Source: Candidatus Omnitrophota bacterium (GTDB lineage: Bacteria; Omnitrophota; Gorgyraeia; 1-14-0-20-64-10). From it: a DNA stretch of 64,000 bases. The notes beneath the pieces were generated by a model. It saw only the letters and a list, made by a program, of their open reading frames with translations, searched no databases and had not been told where the DNA came from. This document shows positions 18,195 through 27,541 of this stretch, in pieces; the stretch's first letter is position 1, and the number at the start of each line of letters is the position of its first letter. The DNA is taken from NCBI GenBank assembly GCA_023818695.1, contig JAMWCF010000001.1:83306-147305 (forward strand), given 5' to 3'. The position numbers and the translations under genes are program-made.

Positions 18195-19700
18195 GTGAAA
18201 GTGGCTCCATGGTTTAAAATGATGGCGAGGAATCCCGTGGAACACCGCAGCCTGACAATCGTCTTCATCGATATGAAGGGGTTTACGAGCCGTACGAGCC
18301 GCCAGACCCGCACGGAGATGATGGACCTTGTCCAGACGCTTCGGGACCTGCTGCGGGAACCGCTGGCGCGGCACCGCGGCGCGCTGGTGAAGGCCATGGG
18401 CGATGGGTTCCTTCTGACCTTCGAGAGTCCCACCGACGCGGTGCTGGCGTGCGTCTCGCTGCAGAGAATGCTCCGGGAACGCAACGCGGGGTCGGCCGCG
18501 GGTCAGCGGATCGAGGTTCGCGCGGCCGTCAACACGGGGGAGGTCGCTGTTGAGCGGGGGGATGTGTACGGGCAGGCGGTGAACGTCGCGGCCCGACTGC
18601 TGGAGATGACGAAACCCAACGAGATCTACCTCACCGAGGCGACCTATCTCTCCATGAACAGATCGGAGGTCTGGACCGATAAGCTTGGCTCCAGAACGTT
18701 CAGGGGGATGGAGGAGCCGGTCCGGATTTATCGCGTCGTCTCTTTCAGGAAATGGCGTTTGCCGGGATGGGCGCGCTTCCTCCTGATTTTCGCCCTGGCG
18801 GCGGCCGCATTCCTTCTGATGCTGGATCGCGCGGTTTCTCCACCGGGGAAGATGCCGTTTCCCGGGATTCCCGAGCCGGTTGTGGTTACCGAGCAGGGGA
18901 CCGTTGCGGACCAGTCGCTGGACGAGGCGGCGGTTTCGGAGCAGACGGAGCCGGCGCCGGTTGAGGAAACGCAGGAGGCGATTCCCGCGGCGCAGGAGGA
19001 GTTGGTGCCAGAACCGGAGGGCCCTGACCCGAACATGCTGGCCGCGATCGCGCAGCAGCTGCAGGGATACGGTGATTGGATCGCGGCTTTGCGACAGCAG
19101 GCGGAAGGGGTGGAGATGCCTTTGCGGGATCTGCGTAACGGGCTTTCCCGGATGCGCCTGGACCTGTCCCAACTTGAGGGCCGGCTGGATGATCTGATCA
19201 GGCGCATGCCCCAGGTCCGGCAGGATTATCTGGAGAGGTTCCGGGGACTGATCGACAAGTACCAGCAGGCCGGCGATTCGTATTCCGCCGGCTATCTCAC
19301 CGCCGACCTCGCGCGTCATGAGGCGAAGGCCGGCGAGTGGGAGGTTCAGCTTCAGCAGCACGGTGCGGCGGTCCGGGGACTTCAGCAGTTTGTCCGGACG
19401 GCGGAACGGCTTGTCAGCGATTCCCTGCAGCAGTTGCAGCTGATCCAGCAGGAGACGACCGGTCAGGCCGTCGCCCTGGAAGGGATGCGGGAACTGGCGG
19501 TGTGGGATCCATCAATCGACCGGGTCGGGACCGCCCTGACCGATCTGGCAAACCGGATGAACGGGCTGACCGAGACCCTGGCCTCCCTTCAGGCCGAGGT
19601 GGAAGCCCGGCGGGGGGAGATCGCCGCCGTCGAAGAGGGGGTGGCCGGCTGGGACTCTTTCCGGGCCGAGTGGCAGAATTATCTCTCCGGCTGGCAGTGA
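18195..19700 (+). CDS. class III adenylate/guanylate cyclase, then one TM segment and a long coiled-coil C-terminal region
   Basis: LTIVFIDMKGFTS..., GALVKAMGDGFLLTF, RAAVNTGEVAV..GDVYGQAVNVAARL, then TM FLLIFALAAAAFLLML. Confidence 0.8.
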   Translation: MKVAPWFKMMARNPVEHRSLTIVFIDMKGFTSRTSRQTRTEMMDLVQTLRDLLREPLARHRGALVKAMGDGFLLTFESPTDAVLACVSLQRMLRERNAGSAAGQRIEVRAAVNTGEVAVERGDVYGQAVNVAARLLEMTKPNEIYLTEATYLSMNRSEVWTDKLGSRTFRGMEEPVRIYRVVSFRKWRLPGWARFLLIFALAAAAFLLMLDRAVSPPGKMPFPGIPEPVVVTEQGTVADQSLDEAAVSEQTEPAPVEETQEAIPAAQEELVPEPEGPDPNMLAAIAQQLQGYGDWIAALRQQAEGVEMPLRDLRNGLSRMRLDLSQLEGRLDDLIRRMPQVRQDYLERFRGLIDKYQQAGDSYSAGYLTADLARHEAKAGEWEVQLQQHGAAVRGLQQFVRTAERLVSDSLQQLQLIQQETTGQAVALEGMRELAVWDPSIDRVGTALTDLANRMNGLTETLASLQAEVEARRGEIAAVEEGVAGWDSFRAEWQNYLSGWQ

Positions 19701-19737
19701 AACGATACACCGGTTCGGTGATTCATGAGGAGTATCG

Positions 19738-20184
19738 ATGTCTAAACTGATTGAGCGGATCCGCGCGATTCAGAGGGGCGAGCTTCCGGCGCCGCCGGTT
19801 GCGAAGCTGCTGGACATGCGGATCACGCAGGTGGGTGAGGGCCGGGTGACGATGCAGATGCCGGTCGATAAGCGCTACGCCAACCCGATCGGCACCCTGC
19901 ACGGAGGGATTATCTGCGACTTGGCCGACGCGGCGATGGGCACCGCCTTTGCCACCACCTGCGAGGAGGAGGAGAGCTACGTTACGGTGGAGTTGAAGTG
20001 CAACTATTTAAGGCCGGTTTGGGACACCGTGCTGACCGCCTTGGCCTGGGTTGTTTCACGGGGCAGGACGGTCGGCTTGGTCGAGTGCGAGGTGAAAGAC
20101 AAGGATGACCGGCTTATCGCGAAGTTGAGCAGCACCCTGATGGTCCTGCGCGGCGATGCCGCCAAGGGACGGGAAATAAAATAA
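19738..20184 (+). CDS. PaaI-family hotdog-fold thioesterase
   Basis: NPIGTLHGGIICDLADAAMGTAF and the family-typical length of 148 aa. Confidence 0.8.
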   Translation: MSKLIERIRAIQRGELPAPPVAKLLDMRITQVGEGRVTMQMPVDKRYANPIGTLHGGIICDLADAAMGTAFATTCEEEESYVTVELKCNYLRPVWDTVLTALAWVVSRGRTVGLVECEVKDKDDRLIAKLSSTLMVLRGDAAKGREIK

Positions 20185-20195
20185 AGGAGAACGGA

Positions 20196-20597
20196 TTGAT
20201 GAAGAACGTTTGGAAACTGTATGCGGGTATCATGGCGGCGGCCGTCCTCATGCCGCCGGCGGTGTTCTGCGCCGCGGAGGAGGATTTCAGCTCTTTGGGG
20301 ATTCATGAGGGGGAAAAGATGATCGTGCGGTTTAAAGAAGAAGAGGGAGGGAACGTCTACGCCTATTTTTACCCGCACTCCTCCGAAGGGTTTTATCCGG
20401 AGAGCGGCTGGATTCGTTCGACCAACCTGGAGGTGTTCGATCTGGCCAGGGTCAGGGAGAGGATCAAGGAAGAAGGGACGTTCTCAGAACCGTACATCCT
20501 GGATTATGAGGTTTTCGGCAAGGCGAAGGAGGGGACTCATTATCTGGCCAGGATCATCAAGGCGGTGCCGGTTTCTCCCGACAAGAAAGAACGGTAA
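20196..20597 (+). CDS. hypothetical secreted protein
   Basis: Signal-peptide-like N-terminus (GIMAAAVLMPPAVFCAAEE). No recognised domain. Confidence 0.5.
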   Translation: MMKNVWKLYAGIMAAAVLMPPAVFCAAEEDFSSLGIHEGEKMIVRFKEEEGGNVYAYFYPHSSEGFYPESGWIRSTNLEVFDLARVRERIKEEGTFSEPYILDYEVFGKAKEGTHYLARIIKAVPVSPDKKER

Positions 20598-20726
20598 CCC
20601 CGAAATATCGGGAAGATTGTGGTAAGATAGCCCCATCGGCTAGGGAGTTGATTGCTTTTAACGGTGTCCGCTGTCGCTGGCGATGATGTGCCTGCCGGTC
20701 CTGATGGCGAGCAGAGGAGGAATTCA

Positions 20727-20912
20727 ATGGGTTTTGGTCAAGGTGGTGAGGGCGGCAGATTCGGCGGCGGGTTCAACAGGGGACCGCGGGAAATGTTCAA
20801 GGCGACCTGTGCGGACTGCCAGAAGGAGTGCGAGGTTCCGTTCAAACCCAGCGAGAATCGCCCTGTCTACTGCAGGGATTGCTTTTCAAAGCGCAAGCAG
20901 AGCGGCCGTTAA
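20727..20912 (+). CDS. CxxC-x17-CxxC zinc-ribbon domain protein (61 aa)
   Basis: ATG 20727 is preceded by gaggagg. Gly-rich N-terminus, then CADC-QKECEVPFKPSENRPVY-CRDC (exactly 17 residues between the Cys pairs). Confidence 0.65.
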   Translation: MGFGQGGEGGRFGGGFNRGPREMFKATCADCQKECEVPFKPSENRPVYCRDCFSKRKQSGR

Positions 20913-20972
20913 GAGAGGGATTGAGGCGCTCTCCCGCAGGGGCGCCGGACACAACTGAAGAGAAAGACAGCG

Positions 20973-21006
20973 ATCCCACCGGTGAAGAGCCGGTGGGATT
21001 GTTTTT
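20973..21006 (+). terminator. intrinsic terminator
   Basis: 10-bp stem atcccaccgg / ccggtgggat followed by tgttttt, ending 5 nt before the typA start. Confidence 0.65.
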
Positions 21007-21011
21007 AAAAC

Positions 21012-22841
21012 ATGGCGCAAAAACTTCGCAACATAGCGATTATCGCCCACGTGGACCACGGTAAGACCACCCTGGTTGACGCGATGCTGCGTTATACCAA
21101 GGCGGTCCGCAAGGACCTCTCCGAAGGTGAGCTCATCATGGATTCGATGGATCTGGAGCGGGAGAAGGGGATCACGATCCGGGCGAAGAACGCCAGTTTG
21201 TTTTACGGGGACCTGAAGATCAATCTGGTGGACACCCCGGGCCACGCCGATTTCGGGGGGGAGGTGGAGCGGACACTCCGGATGGTGGACGGGGCCCTCC
21301 TGCTGGTTGACGCGAAGGAGGGGCCGATGCCGCAGACAAAGTTTGTCCTGCGCAAGGCGATCGAGCTGGGCATGCCGGTGATCGTGGTCGTCAACAAGAT
21401 CGACCGCCATGATTCGCAGATCGACGACGTGATCAACCGGACGTTCGACCTGTTCGTGGAGCTCAACGCCTCGGACGGCCAGCTGGATTTTCCCGTCGTC
21501 TATACCTCCGCCATCCAGGGGACGGCGACCCTCGACCTGAAGCACCCCGGGCATGACATTGCCCCCTTGTTCGACGTCATCTTTAAACGGATCCCCCCGC
21601 CGGCGGTCCTGCCGAATGAACCCCTGCAGCTGCTGGTCCTGGCTTTGGCTTACGATTCTTTCAAGGGAAAGATGGGCATTGGCAAGATCCAGGCCGGTTC
21701 AATCCGCAAGGGACAGACGGTCATGAGGGTAGCGGCCGGCGGCAGCCGCCTGACCGGCACGGTTACGGCCCTGCTGGCTTACAAGGGGTTGGAGCGGATG
21801 GAGATCGAATCGGCCGATTCCGGGGAGATCGTGGCGGTGGCCGGCTTCGAGGAGATCGGGATCGGCGACACCATCACCGATCCCGATGATCCCAGGCCTC
21901 TGCCGGCGGTGGTGATCGAGGAGCCGACGCTGCGGATGTCCTTTTCCGTGAACAAGAGCCCCTTCTCGGGCAGGGAAGGCAAGTATGTGACATCCCGTGC
22001 CTTGAGGGAGCGCCTGCAGAAGGAGCTGGAAACCAACGTCGCCCTGCGCGTCGCCGACACCGAGAGTCCGGATACCTTCCTGGTGTCGGGGCGCGGGGAG
22101 CTGCACCTGGCGATCCTGATCGAAACAATGCGCCGGGAAGGTTTTGAGCTGGAGGTTTCGAAGCCGGAGGTGGTTTACAAGGAGATCGATGGGAAAACCT
22201 GCGAGCCGTATGAGTTCCTTTCCATCGATGTGCCGGCGGAATATCAAGGGACGGTCATCGAAGAGGTGGGCAGGCGCCGCGGGGATTTGAAGGGGATGGG
22301 CCAGGCCCCTACGGGCGAAGTCCACTTCGAGTATCTGATCACCACCCGCGGCCTGCTGGGACTGAAAAATCTTCTGACCAAGAAGACCAGGGGGACAGCC
22401 GTGATCCACCATCTCTTTGATTCTTACCGCCCGGTGGTCGCCGACCTGCCCCCGTCCGAGCCGCACGGTTCCCTGGTGGCCACGGACGACGGCGTCAGCA
22501 GCTCCTACGCGATCACCACCGCCCAGGAAAGGGGCGAGCTGTTCATCGGTCCCGGCGTTCCGGTTTACGAGGGGATGGTGGTGGGGCAGGCCAGCCGGGA
22601 TAAGGACTTGGGGATCAACATCTGCAAGCAGAAGAAGCTGACGAATGTCAGGGCCTCCACTGCCGAAACGACGGTGATGTTGGTGCCTCCCCGCGAGCTG
22701 ACCTTGGAGTATGCACTAGAATATCTGGGGCCGGATGAGCTGTTGGAGCTGACCCCCAAGTCCCTGCGGATCCGAAAGAAGGTGGCCGATGAGAAGCTGC
22801 GGATTCGCGCCCAACGGGAGGCCGGGCTGCGGGATTCCTAG
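21012..22841 (+). CDS. typA: translational GTPase TypA/BipA
   Basis: [37 protein letters not shown], and full-length collinearity with BipA. Confidence 0.95.
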   Translation: MAQKLRNIAIIAHVDHGKTTLVDAMLRYTKAVRKDLSEGELIMDSMDLEREKGITIRAKNASLFYGDLKINLVDTPGHADFGGEVERTLRMVDGALLLVDAKEGPMPQTKFVLRKAIELGMPVIVVVNKIDRHDSQIDDVINRTFDLFVELNASDGQLDFPVVYTSAIQGTATLDLKHPGHDIAPLFDVIFKRIPPPAVLPNEPLQLLVLALAYDSFKGKMGIGKIQAGSIRKGQTVMRVAAGGSRLTGTVTALLAYKGLERMEIESADSGEIVAVAGFEEIGIGDTITDPDDPRPLPAVVIEEPTLRMSFSVNKSPFSGREGKYVTSRALRERLQKELETNVALRVADTESPDTFLVSGRGELHLAILIETMRREGFELEVSKPEVVYKEIDGKTCEPYEFLSIDVPAEYQGTVIEEVGRRRGDLKGMGQAPTGEVHFEYLITTRGLLGLKNLLTKKTRGTAVIHHLFDSYRPVVADLPPSEPHGSLVATDDGVSSSYAITTAQERGELFIGPGVPVYEGMVVGQASRDKDLGINICKQKKLTNVRASTAETTVMLVPPRELTLEYALEYLGPDELLELTPKSLRIRKKVADEKLRIRAQREAGLRDS

Positions 22842-22926
22842 GAATCGGCGGCGGAATTGGAATAGAATAGCTTCATGGTCCGTGCTGTTGTGCCGCTGAT
22901 GCTCGCTGGCGCGGCCGGAGGTGCTA

Positions 22927-23289
22927 ATGGCGACGATTCTGGCCATAGATGATGAGCCCGACTTTCTGGAGCAGGTGAAGGTCGTTCTGGAGAACGAAGG
23001 GCACCAGGTTGAAACCGCTTTTGACGGGCTCGCCGGTTTGGAAAAAGCGCGCCGGGTGAAGCCAACCCTCATTTTGCTGGATATCATGATGCCTGGAATG
23101 GACGGTTTTGAAGTATTGCGGCGGCTGACCCGGGAGGCTGGGACCTCGACCATCCCGGTTGTGATGTTGACCGCCAAAGGAGGAACCGAATCGGTTTTTA
23201 AAGCGCAGGGGCTTAGTGTGACCGATTATCTGTTGAAGCCTTTTTCCGTCGATGAGCTTTTGACGGTTATCAGGCGTTTTGTTCTCTGA
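22927..23289 (+). CDS. single-domain response regulator (CheY-like receiver)
   Basis: ILAIDDEPDF, LILLDIMMPGMDGFEVL, VVMLTAKG. RBS ggagg lies upstream of ATG 22927. Confidence 0.85.
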   Translation: MATILAIDDEPDFLEQVKVVLENEGHQVETAFDGLAGLEKARRVKPTLILLDIMMPGMDGFEVLRRLTREAGTSTIPVVMLTAKGGTESVFKAQGLSVTDYLLKPFSVDELLTVIRRFVL

Positions 23290-23465
23290 AGGGGGACCTG
23301 CCGGCTGGTGAGAGAAGTCTCCGAGCCACCTGACCTTACGGGAACGCTTGCGCGCAGGTCCTCAAGGAGACGAGCAGCCTTGAGACGGTTCGCATAATTT
23401 TCACCGAGCCGTTATAATAAGCCCATCGTGGAATCGTTGACGGCTCTGCTGAACAAAATCGATGA

Positions 23466-24422
23466 GTGGGTGGGCCTGCCGGGATGACGCGGGCGGGAAA
23501 ACCGAAGGCGCTTCGGGTCATCCTGTCGGCGTTGGTCGCCGACGTCGTCGTCGCCGTCACCAAGTTCATCGCCGCCGGCCTCTCCGGTTCTGCCGCCATG
23601 TTCGCCGAGGCCCTGCACTCCCTGGCGGACAGCGTGAACCAAGTTCTCCTGCTGGTCGGCCATTCGAGGGCCTCACGTCCTCCGGACGAAGCGCATCCTT
23701 TCGGGTACGGGAAGGAGCGGTTTTTCTGGCCATTCGTCGTGTCGGTCGTCATCTTTTCGATCGGGGCTGTCTTTTCCTTTATCCGCGGGTTTCAGCAGGT
23801 CGTCTCTCCCCATCCCCTGGAACGGTTTGATCTGAACTATGCGATCCTCGCCGGCGCTTTTGTCTTGGACGGCGCCGCCTGGGTGATCGCCTGGCAGGAG
23901 CTGCACAGGGCGGGACAGCGGGGCAGATCGGTCTTCAAACTGCTGAAAGAGTCTAAGATGGTCAGCGTGGTGACTGTCTTTCTGGAAGACGCCGCGGCGG
24001 TCATCGGCGTGCTGATAGCGGCCGCCGGCATCGCTTGGGCACAGTTCACGAAGAGCTGGATGCTCGACGGCGCTGCATCCATTCTGATTGGTTTCCTGCT
24101 GTTGATGATCTCCTGGTTTATCGCCGTCGAAACGAAGAGTCTGCTGATCGGCGAAAGCGCGTCGAAAGAACATATTGGTAAAATAAAGCAAGCGATCGCT
24201 TGCATTCCGGAAGTGGAAGGGGTTCTCGACCTGCTGACGATGCATCTGGGTCCGGAGCAGATTCTCGTGAACCTGGACCTACAGTTCAGGGACGGGCTGA
24301 CCACCGATGAGATCGAGACGGCCATCGATCACATCGAGCGGCGCATCCATGAAGCGGTCCCGGAGGTTTACAAGATCTTTGTGGAGGCCGAATCGGTGAA
24401 GAAAGCGATCCACAGATCATGA
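23466..24422 (+). CDS. cation diffusion facilitator (CDF) family transporter
   Basis: SGSAAMFAEALHSLADSVNQ (TM2 HxxxD), six TM segments, and a C-terminal cytoplasmic domain. The start may be ATG 23484. Confidence 0.85.
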   Translation: MGGPAGMTRAGKPKALRVILSALVADVVVAVTKFIAAGLSGSAAMFAEALHSLADSVNQVLLLVGHSRASRPPDEAHPFGYGKERFFWPFVVSVVIFSIGAVFSFIRGFQQVVSPHPLERFDLNYAILAGAFVLDGAAWVIAWQELHRAGQRGRSVFKLLKESKMVSVVTVFLEDAAAVIGVLIAAAGIAWAQFTKSWMLDGAASILIGFLLLMISWFIAVETKSLLIGESASKEHIGKIKQAIACIPEVEGVLDLLTMHLGPEQILVNLDLQFRDGLTTDEIETAIDHIERRIHEAVPEVYKIFVEAESVKKAIHRS

Positions 24423-25129
24423 CGCCGGAATATTTCGATGTGACGCTGCGCCGGATTATTGACCTTGGGAACGAGACCAGGCATTTTGAGCTGACTTTCG
24501 ACCCGGGAACACGGATCCATTTCACCGCGGGGCAGTTCGTGGCGGTTCTCTGCCCGAAGGACGGGAAGCTGATCCGACGCGCCTACTCCATCGCCTCCCC
24601 TCCGGAAGAAAAGGACCACGTGGAGCTGATCATCAAGCTGGTGGAGGGAGGGGTAGTCACCAACTGGTTCTGGTCGTTGAAGGAAGGGGACCGCTTCCGT
24701 GTCCACGGGCCGTTCGGCAAATTCGTGCTCCCGGAACAGATCGATTTCGACATCGTTTTCGTCGCCACAGGCACGGGGATCGCCCCCTTCCGGAGCATGA
24801 TTCGGCATCTGCTGCCGGCCGGTTTCAACAAATGGGTATGGCTCCTTTTCGGATCCCGCTACGACAAGATGATCCCGTACCACAAAGAATGGGTCGCCCT
24901 GTCGAGAGATTACCCCAACTTCATCTATATCCCTACCATCAGCCGGCCCAGCGCCCAATGGCCCGGAGAGGTCGGCTACGTCCAGACGAAGATCGAAAAG
25001 TTCTTTCCGGATCCCGCCGGCAAAAGGGTCTACATCTGCGGTCTGAACGACATGATCCAGGCGGTTCAGGAGGTCTGCTTGAAGCAGGGGTTCCGCACAG
25101 AGCAGATCTCCTTTGAGAAATACGACTAG
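24419..25129 (+). CDS. ferredoxin-NADP reductase-like FAD/NAD(P)-binding oxidoreductase
   Basis: RAYSIAS (RxYS FAD motif) and VATGTGIAPFRSM (NAD(P) motif). The ATGA overlaps the upstream stop. Confidence 0.8.
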   Translation: MTPEYFDVTLRRIIDLGNETRHFELTFDPGTRIHFTAGQFVAVLCPKDGKLIRRAYSIASPPEEKDHVELIIKLVEGGVVTNWFWSLKEGDRFRVHGPFGKFVLPEQIDFDIVFVATGTGIAPFRSMIRHLLPAGFNKWVWLLFGSRYDKMIPYHKEWVALSRDYPNFIYIPTISRPSAQWPGEVGYVQTKIEKFFPDPAGKRVYICGLNDMIQAVQEVCLKQGFRTEQISFEKYD

Positions 25130-25218
25130 CTCATTTTTCCCCGTTTTCCCTCTTCCATCAGGTAAGCTTGAGGATAAGGGCAGGTATCTAACAGGTTGTA
25201 TCCATATAAGATAGAAAA

Positions 25219-26538
25219 ATGGCTGAGAAGAAACACTTAGGCGAGATGCTGGTGGAGTTGGGCGTCATCTCGGCCCAGGACCTGAAGGTGGCTTTGGAGG
25301 CCCAGCGCCAGATGCCGGCTCCTTTGGGGGTGACCCTTGTGGAGCTGGGGATGGCCAAAGAGGAGCAGATCCTGCCGATTCTCTGCCAGCAGCTGAATAA
25401 GATCGATGTCACCTTCTCTTTGGGAAAGGACACCGCCCCTCCCAGCATCAACTCCATCACCGACGCTCTCCAATACCTGGTCGAGCGGGCCATCAAGGAG
25501 GGGGCCACCGATTTGCATCTGGAGCCGACCGCCTCCGGCGTGATGGTCCGGATACGGATCGACGGCATTCTCCATGAGATCGGCGCCCCGCCGATCCTGG
25601 CGACCCAATACCCGGCGGCGGTTTCCAGGGTCAAGATTCTTTGTAACCTGGATATCGCTGAGAAAAGGGTCCCGCAGGACGGGCGGACCACCTTCAAGGT
25701 GGGAGGCGTGGAGTACGACACGAGGATCTCGGTGCTCCCCTCGCAGTATGGCGAGAGCGTGGCGATCCGGGTCCTCCATACCGACGTCCGCCTGGGGCTG
25801 GACAAGATCGGCCTGGACAGCAAAACCTACCAGACCTTCCTGAAGATCCTGGAGCGGCACACCGGCCTGGTGCTTGTGACCGGCCCGACCGGTTCCGGGA
25901 AAACGACCACCCTTTACGCTTGCCTGGACCGGTTGAATGATTCCACCAAGAAGATTGTGACGGTGGAGGACCCGATCGAATACACCTTGGCCGGCGTGAT
26001 CCAGATGCAGGTCCAGCCCAACATCGAGCTCTCTTTCGGCCGGCTCCTGCGGTCGGTTCTGCGCCATGATCCGAATATCCTGATGGTGGGGGAGATCCGC
26101 GACGGCGAAACGGCCGAGGCGGCGGTCCGGATGGCGCTGACCGGCCACCTGGTTTTTTCCACCATCCACACCAACGACGCGGCCGCCACGGTGACTCGCC
26201 TCATGGATATGGGAATCGAGCCGTACCTGGTGGCCTCCAGTTTGTCATGCGTCGTCGCCCAGCGGCTTGTCCGAACCGTCTGCAGGGAGTGCAGCGGCCG
26301 GCGCTGCATGACCTGCCTGGGACTGGGGCTGAAAGGACGGATAGGGATCTTCGAATGCCTCTTTATCGATGAGGAGATGCGCAAGCTGATCACCCGGCGG
26401 CCGACCGCCGACGAGTTGAGGAAGCTGGCCAAGGAACACGGGATGAGGACCCTGCATGAGGACGGCGTGGCCAAGGTCAAGGCCGGCATCACCACCCAGG
26501 AGGAGTTGGACCGGGTGATCTACAGCGACGACACCTAG
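25219..26538 (+). CDS. GspE/PilB-family type II/IV secretion ATPase with MshEN-like N-terminal domain
   Basis: Walker A GPTGSGKTTTLYA, VEDPIEY, GEIRD, and the tetracysteine CRECSGRRCMTC region. Confidence 0.85.
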   Translation: MAEKKHLGEMLVELGVISAQDLKVALEAQRQMPAPLGVTLVELGMAKEEQILPILCQQLNKIDVTFSLGKDTAPPSINSITDALQYLVERAIKEGATDLHLEPTASGVMVRIRIDGILHEIGAPPILATQYPAAVSRVKILCNLDIAEKRVPQDGRTTFKVGGVEYDTRISVLPSQYGESVAIRVLHTDVRLGLDKIGLDSKTYQTFLKILERHTGLVLVTGPTGSGKTTTLYACLDRLNDSTKKIVTVEDPIEYTLAGVIQMQVQPNIELSFGRLLRSVLRHDPNILMVGEIRDGETAEAAVRMALTGHLVFSTIHTNDAAATVTRLMDMGIEPYLVASSLSCVVAQRLVRTVCRECSGRRCMTCLGLGLKGRIGIFECLFIDEEMRKLITRRPTADELRKLAKEHGMRTLHEDGVAKVKAGITTQEELDRVIYSDDT

Positions 26539-26591
26539 CACCCGGTTTTGAAACCGCCACCCTTTTAACCGGTTTGGGTTTATAATAGACA

Positions 26592-26628
26592 GGGACGGTC
26601 CGAAAGGATTGGATCGTCCCTCTTTTTA
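26592..26628 (+). terminator. possible terminator/attenuator hairpin upstream of cysD
   Basis: Stem gggacg...cgtccc followed by tcttttta. The stem is only 6 bp with a 17-nt loop. Confidence 0.3.
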
Positions 26629-26659
26629 TCGGGAAAACCAGGCACCAAACTCATTAAAA

Positions 26660-27541
26660 ATGAAACAGTTAGAGAAATTAGAGAGCCAATCGGTCTATAT
26701 CTTCCGGGAGGCCTACAGCCAGTTCAAGAACCTGGCGATGCTCTGGTCGATCGGCAAGGACAGCACGGTTCTTTTGTGGCTGGCCCGAAAGGCCTTCTTC
26801 GGCCATGTGCCGTTTCCACTCGTCCACATCGACACGAGCTTCAAGATTCCCCAAATGATCGAGTACAGGGACCGTCTGGCCCGGGAATGGAAACTGAACA
26901 TGGTCTACGGCCGCAACGACCAGGCGCTGGCGGAGAAAAGGACTTTTCCGGACGGCAAGCTCACGCGCGTCGAGTGCTGCCGGACCCTCAAAACAGAAGC
27001 GTTGGCCAACACCCTCTCCGGCGCGTGGCCCCGCTACCGGCTGGACCACGCCACCGGAGAATACGTCCTGGACAAAAACACTGAGCCGTACACAGGGGTC
27101 ATCGTCGGGGTCCGGGCGGACGAGGAGGGCAGCCGCTCCAAAGAGCGTTATTTTTCCCCCAGGGACAGAGAAAGCAACTGGGCCGTCGGGGACCAGCCGC
27201 CTGAACTATGGAACCAGTTCAAGACCGATTTCGCCCCCGGGACGCACATCCGGGTGCATCCGCTGTTGGACTGGACCGAGCTGGATATCTGGGAATACAT
27301 CGACCAGGAGAAGATTCCGGTGGTCCCGCTCTATTTCGACCGGGGCACCGGGGAGCGCTACCGCTCCCTGGGATGCTATCCCTGCACCTTCCCGGTCAAA
27401 TCAACCGCGAAAAACGTCAAAGAGATCATCGAGGAGCTGAAGACAGGCAAGTTCCGTGACATCGCGGAGCGTTCGGGACGGGCCCAGGACGCGGAAGACG
27501 GAGGGGGCCTGGAAACGCTGCGACGGGAAGGGTACATGTGA
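26660..27541 (+). CDS. cysD: sulfate adenylyltransferase subunit 2
   Basis: [31 protein letters not shown] (PAPS-reductase fold SxGKDS), [17 protein letters not shown]. Confidence 0.9.
   Translation: MKQLEKLESQSVYIFREAYSQFKNLAMLWSIGKDSTVLLWLARKAFFGHVPFPLVHIDTSFKIPQMIEYRDRLAREWKLNMVYGRNDQALAEKRTFPDGKLTRVECCRTLKTEALANTLSGAWPRYRLDHATGEYVLDKNTEPYTGVIVGVRADEEGSRSKERYFSPRDRESNWAVGDQPPELWNQFKTDFAPGTHIRVHPLLDWTELDIWEYIDQEKIPVVPLYFDRGTGERYRSLGCYPCTFPVKSTAKNVKEIIEELKTGKFRDIAERSGRAQDAEDGGGLETLRREGYM

Noticed and set aside
18119-18484. N-terminal 122 aa of track ORF 17642..18484 (the long form of the MarR gene).
   Set aside because: The MarR domain begins at MQINGYPMPK. The upstream part is Ser/Arg-rich, overlaps the divergent cyclase gene and the promoter region, and has no homology-like features.
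23290-23465. Looked for a czcD/NiCo-type riboswitch upstream of the CDF transporter.
   Set aside because: I could not recognise the conserved junction sequences. Only a TATAAT-like box is visible.
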